DNA from: Octopus sinensis
Lineage: Eukaryota
DNA: 64,000 nucleotides
Assembly (NCBI RefSeq): GCF_006345805.1
Contig: NC_043008.1
Location: 34,844,001-34,908,000, forward strand
Direction: 5' to 3'
How positions within the stretch are numbered: position 1 is the first letter of the stretch; each line of letters starts with the position of its first letter. The notes under the pieces are model-generated. The model worked only from the letters and a program-made list of their open reading frames with translations. It had not been told where the DNA came from and did not search any database. Below, in pieces: positions 53,955 to 64,000 of this stretch. A program made the translations under genes and the position numbers.

Positions 53955-55555
53955 TATATTCTATACATATATATATATATATCTATACATATATATATAT
54001 ATTATATCTATACATATTATCTCATCTATATATATGTGCATAAATGTATATATATTATATATATATATATATATATCTATATATATAAATGTTTTGGAAG
54101 AAGGCAAAATGAATTAGTTTCATAAATGATACTTATCTTCTATTGTAGATAACATTTGCTATCATACAGCGATCATTTTTACATTTATTGAATGGACTCG
54201 TATAACACTGGTATTAATTTTATCGTTTCGAGAAAGATAAGTAGAAAGTTTATCCTGAGATCTTGACAGTATTTGAACCCGGAATGTCGTGTTGTACTTC
54301 TAATGAATTAAAATATACCTACCATTTATGCAACTGGAATCCGTTTGATTCCTTTAATATTATTTAGCAAGGAATTTGTTTCATATATATATTATACATA
54401 TATATATATATACTAATATATATATATACTTATTATATATATATATATATAGATATATTATGTGTCTATATATGTAATATATATATTTATACAGATATAT
54501 ATATACTTACATACATACATATATATATGTATATATATATATATATATACACAAACATATATATATATGTCTGTATGTATGTATGGATGTATGTATAAAT
54601 GAACGTATATATGTATTTGTGAATTAATTTACCAAAATTTGTGCATAAGACACAAACCTCGCCCATTTCTTTTCACTGTTAGTTGACGCAAATAAACGAC
54701 AGTTCCATGTTTATATGTTTATCAATTTTGGTTTTGATCGAAATAATATTAAACCAATATTTTCCTTTAGTTTTCACCCTCTGTTATTTTTGGTGTTTTC
54801 TTTTTCTTTATTATCATTTTTTTTTTGTACTTTTCAAAATAATTTTTTTCGGTTTTAAATCTAAGTTTTAGCACATAACATTGTTTTTCTTTTTCCTTCA
54901 GTCATCTGATAATATCCTTCAAGTTTTATGCAGTGTTGATATCCTCAACAACGATGCACGGCAGTTAAAATTTTGAAGTTTTGGTTAAAATGAACAATCC
55001 AATAAATACATATTGACAGCAGATTATAACTTTAAAAATATTGTTTTAGATTTTACAGCACTGGATGAGTATATAGAGAAATGAAAGATTAAAGCGTTAG
55101 CGATAGCTGGACGCCAATTTGAACCAGTGCATTTGTAACAAGATTTGGACGCCATGTTGTTTAATTTTAGTTTAAAGCGTTACTCCAACGCCATCATTTC
55201 CTTCGTCATTTGAAAATTGTCTTTAGAAAAGCTAATAAGAAGCCTTCTTGTTATGGTTTCTTTTTTTTTTCCTTTTTGCAGGATGAATTGTTATTAAGGT
55301 TGCTGCCGACTAATTATAGCGATTCAAGTGAGATTGATATTTAGTATTCAGCACTGGGAGTTTGAGATGAAATAATTAGAAAAAGACAAGAGATATAAAC
55401 AACAACCCAGCAGTAGAATGATCCATAATCATTTGTAAGTCTCTTAGTTTAGTTAGTCGAAGTAGTTGAATGTCGACCAGCATCAACTCATATATATAAT
55501 ATATATATATATATATTATATATATATATATATATAATATACACTAATGTATGTG

Positions 55556-55598
<43 letters not shown>

Positions 55599-56041
55599 CA
55601 TATGTATACACACACTCACAAACACACACACATATATATATTATATTGGGATATGTGTGTGTATGTGTTTATCCGTATTTCAGTAACTGTGTGTTAATTA
55701 AAAAAAAAATTGTATGTTGGAGACATTGATATGCTTACTGGCAGCAATAAATACAGAGAGTTACCCATCAATAAAAAGAAAACATATATGTAAGGGTACA
55801 TAGAGCGCCATAATTTTTGCAAATCGGAAATGCACCAGACAGAAAAATATCCTCGAAGAAATGTTTAAATAACATGACAAAATGTTGTACAAAACACAAT
55901 ATTATAAATTTTCTTCAAAAACTAAAACAGAGGAGCGAAATGAACACGCAGTAATGTCAGTAAGCATGGCACCCACTTTCTAAAAATATTTAATATAGTC
56001 TGTATATGTACGATATATGCCTATACACACACACACACACA

Positions 56042-56124
<83 letters not shown>

Positions 56125-57131
56125 TATATATGTATGTTTGTATATGTACATAGATAAATATATGAAATATGTATGTATAATATGTCATTTGTATATATGT
56201 ACGTATGTCTATATATATATATATCTCCCACTCTCTCTTCATATATATATATGTATATATATTGCTTGCAATTAAGTTTATGCATTGGAATTAAAATGTA
56301 TTGAAGATTTTTCAGTGTCCAGGGAATGCAATGCTTATTTCTATGGATGCAAAGACAGCATTTCCTTAAATCCTTTAAACCAGTCAGTTTTATGTTGATC
56401 GATTTTATTCGGGAAATATCAAGAAATATTTTGTTCGACCGTATCTATCTATAAATTCAAACTTCAGTAGTTGGTAAGTAAAGACTTATTCTGTACTATT
56501 TCTTTTTGAATAATATTCAGTTTATTACTTAGAGTCTTCTAAAAACTGTGGATATACACATACCCTAATTGCTTCTAACTCAATGTAATATATATTTTAT
56601 TAAATTTAACTTGTTCTTCAAAGGCTCCTTTTAATAAATTATGAAAGAATATGCAGAACAATTTACATAATGGAAGACAATGGTATTCGAAATCAGAACA
56701 GTGAGGGATGAAACTAAAGTCTGAAAACGTCTTATTCCGACGTTTTATTATTTTGCTATGCCACCATTTTGCTATTCTAATATTTTGTCAATGATCCACT
56801 CCGTATGAATATCTATCTCATTCATAATACCTCGCTTGTATTATTTGTGCTATGTACAAAGAAACTACATCGAAGCCAATGAAATTTGTTTTTCAATAAA
56901 GAGTGTATTAAACATCATTGAGTGAATAAGTAATTGAATCTATTTACTGATAGACATTTAGGCGAGAAACGAATCAAGTTTACTGAAGAGTGTCACAAAA
57001 TATACCAACAAATTTACTTCTTTTCAAAGGAAGATTTCATACACACATACATACGTACATATACATATCTATCTATGTATATATGTGTATGTATGTGTGT
57101 ATATATACATATGTATATGCATATATATACG

Positions 57132-57267
<136 letters not shown>

Positions 57268-57532
57268 CGTATGTAAGTATTTGCAGCATTGTATCGTTTT
57301 TCCGCTTATCGCAAACATAAAGAGATTATATTCTAAATCTTGAGCGTCTTACTATGGTTACAAAAGAATGGAAATAATTCAATATGTTTATGTATTTTAT
57401 AGTCATACATAAAACACACGCACATAACCGCATATGTGTGCAGTATGTGAGTATATTTATCTATCAAACTTATTTATCTCGCTCTAACCCTTCTGTGCTG
57501 TTCTCTCTCTCAATTGTTGTCTGTCTGTCTGC

Positions 57533-57625
<93 letters not shown>

Positions 57626-57665
57626 CTATCTATCTATCTATCTATCTAGTATAAAACATTATATC

Positions 57666-57735
<70 letters not shown>

Positions 57736-57740
57736 TGTAC

Positions 57741-57802
<62 letters not shown>

Positions 57803-57833
57803 GTACATATATATATACATACATACATATATA

Positions 57834-57910
<77 letters not shown>

Positions 57911-58508
57911 GAGAGAGAGAGAGAGAGAGTATTTCTTAATGTTTAGCATTGAAATATGATGCAAGGCCTTTATTTAAACAGAAATGTTTTCAGTTCTTAA
58001 GCGACATCAAATTTCATCATGAAATTAAAAGATTAATAATAAATAGTCTTCGATAAACAAAGTCTCCTTTACTTCTTTATTTCATGATAAGTTTTAACTC
58101 TCTCCTTTTCTCAATTTTTCTCTTCACAACCTCCATCTTATCTACTTCATCCTCCGCTGCTGTAAATCTGTCTCTCTCTGGCTCTGTGCATCAGTCAACG
58201 TATTCTGCTCTCTCTCTCTCTCTCTCTCTTTCTCTCACACACACTTTCTCTCTCTCTTTCCTCCTTCTCCCTTTGTATTATTAAATTTTCTTGCCTCGAC
58301 CCCCCCCCAAAAAAAAACAACAAAAACAAACAAACAAAGAAAAAAATGCTTCTATGTATTCATGAAACTTTTTTTTGTAACTCGCTGATGATAAAGCAAA
58401 GCTGATTCCGTTAGAGCCTCATTTCTTGTTTTCATTTTTTTCATTTACCATGCATACAAGTGTTTTAGTGTATTTTACATTTCTGAAAACGTGCATGTGT
58501 TTAATACG

Positions 58509-58539
<31 letters not shown>

Positions 58540-58816
58540 TTATTTATATAAAACTATCTAACTACTTTCAGCTTCAGAGGTTCAGCCATGCTAGGGTACC
58601 GCCGTTAAAGATGAAGCAGACCTCAACGGATTTTAACTTAGAACGTAGAGACTTGGAACAAATACCTCAAGGCACGTCATGTGACTTATAATCCACTGCC
58701 CTAGAGTCTAAACGGATAAATGACAAAGTTGACATAGGTAGGTTTCGAACTCAGAGCGAGGAAAAGTATTGTAGCGAGCCTTTTATCAACAACCCCAACT
58801 TATCAACTTATGTGTG

Positions 58817-58920
<104 letters not shown>

Positions 58921-59006
58921 CATATATATATACGTTTATATATTTGTTGTGCATTTTATGTGAAGTCGTGTGTTGAAACAGATATTGTTATATCCGAAAT
59001 ATAACA

Positions 59007-59068
<62 letters not shown>

Positions 59069-59989
59069 ATATATATATACATGCATGTATATATACATAT
59101 ATATGTTCTAATATATATATATATCATATGTATATTTAACACATACGCGTATACAAATATGTCTATACGTATGTATATATGAATGAAAAGGTTCAAGAGA
59201 AAGTGAATATAAGTAAATGCGTGTCAGTCGCTTTCGGCGAGTTCGAATGATAAATATTCCAGTTCTTCATAAGGACTGTAGTTGTTCTTTCGTATGCAAT
59301 GCTTACCCACTGAACTATAAGGCAGGTGGCTGAGTATTTCACAGACACGGGTGATGTACTCTTAACGTAAACTAGAGGCAGGAGCAGCGAAATATTATTA
59401 AACAGCTACATAATAATGTCTAAATCTCTCAAAGCGAGATATTCAGTGACAGTTCTTTAAAGTAAAGGCTATTTGCCAACATAATGTGGCTGTCCTGGAT
59501 GGGACGATTGTCAATGTTGCTTAGCCCCAGGAAACATCATTTCCAGCTGGCTATACGACACAATATCTGTGTCCTTATATATATGTGTATATGTATCTAA
59601 TAGATATTACACATACACGCATATCTATATATTTGAAGAAATATATGTATGTATGTGTTTTTATATGCATATTTGCGCGCTTTTGTAAAGGTTTGCTAGA
59701 TTGTAAAGTGGAAAGTAATATATAGAAAACTAAGATTATAATAAACGTGAAAATTTCCCAAGTTTCAAGAAATCCTTGGGAGCAAGAATATAATTGTCTC
59801 CAGAATCTAGACACAACAATGATTTATACCAGAAGGGTTGTTCAGCTAGAATAACATGCTCCACTGATTGTATAATTGATATTCTTGGACTCTCCTGTCA
59901 TAAATAACAGATGAGGATTCTGCTATTTCTAGCTGAACAAGTTGCACTGGTGATTCGTTTAATAATGATAAAATGGTTGTGCTGTACAT

Positions 59990-60170
59990 GAGTTAACTCA
60001 CTCCATCATATCGACATTACCTGTAAAGGTGCACGGTGTGCCACACGCCAGATGTCGAAGTGATTACAGAGAAAACGTAAAGTGAGGTGCCAACCACTCT
60101 CTGGTCTTGGAATTGAAACACCAAGCTTGCGATCGTGAGTGCAATATCCTAACCACTCGGGTACGCGTGG
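59990..60170 (-). mobile_element. Degenerate tRNA-derived SINE
   Basis: ggaattgaaac...gatcgtgagtgc...cctaaccactcgg is a tRNA-like head read on the minus strand. Confidence 0.65.
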
Positions 60171-60265
60171 AGTATGCATTTGCAATGAATGAACCAAACT
60201 GGAGAAGATAATGAATTAAAGAAACACAGAAGAAAATCTGGAACAAATGTAAAGGGATTTTTTAG

Positions 60266-60720
60266 ATGCTTTCTCAAGAGGAATACTGCCGTGTTGTGGT
60301 AAGATATGCAGAATGCTATTCAGAACTAATATTGCTTCCGCTGCTAATAACGAATAGGGTTAAGTCATCTGAAATAAGTAAAAAATCTGGAATTCGAAGT
60401 ACAAGAAGTACGAGAGGCACTGACAATGTACAAATACTCTATAAATATGAACACAGCAACATGCACCACTCAGGAAGTTCTGAATTAGGAATTATTGTTA
60501 GGAAATCAAGATCACAGTCCTGTAATTCCAAGAAATATAGGTATAAAACCATATCAAAGCTCATTACTGGCAAATCAGAATTACTGACAATGCAGAATTC
60601 GCTTTAGAATCAGTAAAATATAGAAACATTTTGCAAAAAATAATGGGAAATGAGAGGTATTTTTATGGATGTTGGATAGGGAGACCACCCGACTCCTAGA
60701 ATTTATGACCAACAAACAAA
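60266..60720 (+). mobile_element. Possible Tc1/mariner-superfamily transposase N-terminal relic
   Basis: MLSQEEYCRVVVRY; SGIRSTRSTRGTDNVQ (resembles SGRPRT...ENV); and NIGIKPYQ (resembles L.LKPYK) in a shifted frame. Confidence 0.4.
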
Positions 60721-61216
60721 ATATTTATGATAGAAAAATTTAAGTTTTGAGAGTTAAGTCAATGGCATCATGCTATATAATCGGAATAATTATTAGCAGT
60801 CCAATAAGACGAATATATTTTCCATTCGCTGATTTTCATTCACAAACAGCTACTCCCTCAACACATTCATTTACTAATGGCTATTTAATTATCTCCTTGA
60901 CTATCTATCTATCTGTCTGTCTGTCCGTCTATCTATTTAATGATCTTGAAATCGATATTGCTACATATCTCTCTCGATGTGTGTCTCTATTTGTGTGTCT
61001 CAGAACACAAACAATACCAATTAGGTGCGCACGCATTTCCAATATGGGCGATTATACTTCACTTTAAACTCAGCAAAGAATGGCAACTAAAATAAACAAA
61101 CATATCCCGTATACACCAAGATTACCTGCTGAAACACCTGAGAGCAATTTCTAAACCTGTTGTTATGCTTATAAAAATTCCAAGGTTTCTATCTCTTTCT
61201 CATTTGAATAAGTGAA

Positions 61217-61530
61217 GGTGCATGGCTCAGTGGGTAGGACGTCGACCTTTCGATCGTGAGGTTGTGAGTTCGAATCCCGGACCGGGCTGCGTGTTGTGTT
61301 TTTGAGCAAGACACTTTATTTCACGTTGCTCCAGTTCACTAGCTGTAGAAATGAGTTGTGACGTCACAGGGGCCAAGCTGTATCGGCCCCTTTGCTTTTC
61401 CCTTGGATAACACTGGTGGCGTGGAGAGGGGAGGCCAGTATGCATGGGCGACTGCTGGTCTTGCTCAGACTTGTGCCTGGAAGGGTAACTTTCATGACCG
61501 AAGGGGGTTTCTCAGCATATATGAATATAA
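61217..61530 (+). mobile_element. V-like tRNA-derived SINE
   Basis: A box tggctcagtgg, B box gttcgaatcc, and the ttgagcaagacactttatttcacgttgctccag central motif. Confidence 0.88.
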
Positions 61531-61844
61531 GATCCAAAGGATCGAGGTAAAGTGTAGCCTGGATATTTAACACTTCCGACGCTCTGCTCGCTATGAAACA
61601 TATGTAACCTGGATGTTATCTACTCAATTCCTTAACTCTAGTATATATATATATTTATACTTATAAAGCGACGTTTCAAGCAGTGCTCCATTTCATCTAA
61701 CAGTTATATAAATAATTGTTACTACGCTCACTCAGGTGGCAAAAATTAGTAGGGATAATCAAAATCTGCACAACTGCGCGTATTTATCTAAATATTTGCA
61801 TTGCAGAATGTCGGTGTGATGGAGGCATGTCAGTATACGTGTAA

Positions 61845-61931
<87 letters not shown>

Positions 61932-62050
61932 AATATGTCTATCTATCTACATGTATGCATATATATGGGAACCCTGGACACTGTAATGCAATAGTACTGT
62001 ATATATGTGTATGATATATATATAGACATATACATACATATATATACATG

Positions 62051-62151
<101 letters not shown>

Positions 62152-63539
62152 CAATATACTAATACGTACATGACATATATATATACACATATATATACAT
62201 ATATATGTATATATAAATACACACACACACATATATATACATATATATATATGTGTATATTGATTGTTTATATTGACTGCTTCCAGTCTTAGATCATTGC
62301 CAAATCAAAAGTCGTTCTTCTCGAGAGTTGCATTTACCTGAGGTAGCTAAGGCAAAACTCTTTGAAATATTCTTCGAAATTTCTTATTCTCATTTGATGA
62401 AAAATAATAATAAAAAAATGAAAAATTATAATTAAAAAAATGATAAGTAAAAGATGAAAGGCCCCCTTTTTATTACGTTCTTTTTGGTGAGTTTAGAATT
62501 TTAAAAAGTTGAAAAAAAATGAAAACAAATCAATGTTTTTGTAAGGCGTTCCATATGTAATTATATAGCCACAAATGATTCCTGTATTTCATTTATAAAT
62601 GTATTTTTAGATAAAGGCGTCTTGTCTTAGAATTTAATGAAGAATACGTATGTTTTCACATGCTTAACATCAAATTGTTATTTAGGCACAATGCCACAAA
62701 TTTACAGAGGAGGCAAATGAGAATTTGTGATGTTCATTATCACTTACAGAGATAATGAATCGAAAAAAAAAAAGAAACAACGCGCGGTGTCTGCGTTACT
62801 GAACATGTTTCAAAATTAATTTTCATTTTTTTTTGTTACATAGGCACAACGAAAACTTTCATATGAGGAGGCATATAATCGATTAAATGGGTTTCAGAAT
62901 ATATATGATAGTTATCGTATCGATCACATCCAATGGAAGGACATGGAGGACAAAGTCAGTCCCGGTAATGCTTGAATTCAGAATATCGAGGCGTTTTGTA
63001 ATAGCGCCCAACATATAAGATAGGTCGTGTCTAATCTGACCAAGAAAATATCAGTTAATTCGTGACTGGGTACTACGGCCCTATATTTTCAAGAAAAGAG
63101 AATAAAAAGCAAGAGAAACTGAAACTGAAATAAAACGCTCTCAACTTTCAGGTGAAACCATATTGTATAAGTTTTCAACAACCGGAAGTCTTGTTGTACG
63201 GTGCTAGACGTAATATCACTATCAAACATCGAACGATATGGCTGAAGTCTGTTTTTCAGTTTTTCATTTACATATTTTAATCATATAACTACATTTTTTT
63301 GCGAAATCATCTGAATTATTATTTTTTCATCATTTTACTTTTTTTTTTAAACTTTCAATACATCGAGTTACATCAGATATAGATTTTTATCAATACCATT
63401 TCCTATATTTCTAATTTGTCTTTTTTTTTCATTCCTTTTATTTTTCATCTCTCAAGAGGAAAAAAAAAATTAACATATATATAAATATATGTTTTGTTTT
63501 CATATTTAATACAAAACCTTATGTCTGACTCATATTTTC

Positions 63540-63612
<73 letters not shown>

Positions 63613-64000
63613 TTATCATTATTAACCATTTTGTCAAGATAAAAGGAGAAAAACATTGTATAAAAAAACGGTGTTTGCCCTTTTAGGTGATGGGAGGTGG
63701 GTTAGGTTTCTCAACAATCTTCATCACATATATACATACATATATATACATATATATATCTATATATATATATTATATATACTATATATATATATTATAT
63801 ATATATATATATATATACTGGCCTTTGAAAAATACAGACTGGATAGCTGTAGTGGTAGTGGTAGTAGTAGTAAAAACAATAATAGTGGAAGTAGTATTCA
63901 GGGTTACCGTGTGTGTATGTATGCATGCGCGCGTGTATGTGTGTGTGAGCTTGAGTATGTATGAGCGTGTTACATGTGCACTTTGCGTATGTCAGCATGT

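Noticed and set aside
61217-61295. Functional tRNA gene
   Set aside because: A and B boxes are present but run into a SINE body, and there is no clean cloverleaf. The same applies to the other tRNA-like heads.

Overview
AT-rich, microsatellite-saturated eukaryotic DNA. The SINE families look like those of Octopus (coleoid cephalopod); this is inferred from sequence motifs, not from a database match. I can support no host protein-coding gene, and nearly all ORFs in the track are microsatellite artefacts. The window is a transposon graveyard. It holds about 25 tRNA-derived SINEs of three families (CORE-like bipartite, Meta-domain and V-like), decayed LINEs (four R4/Dong-like, several RTE, one CR1/L2-group), two Penelope-like (PLE) GIY-YIG fragments, a 1.1-kb solo LTR, piggyBac, mariner, Tc1 and hAT relics, and several long palindromes. 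The most unusual signals are hammerhead-ribozyme-like motifs in short PLE-pLTR-like repeats. At 8020-8080 the catalytic core and stems I and III are in exact register but in a permuted order that fits none of types I, II or III. At 13375-13410 and 29822-29857 there is a minimal dimer-type hammerhead with U at core position 6. At 27947-28177 a perfect 108-bp-arm palindrome carries the 3' half of a hammerhead. Other notable features are SINE multimers of the form head + (body)n, variants shared between inverted SINE arrays, and a (TA)n-centred fold-back duplication.
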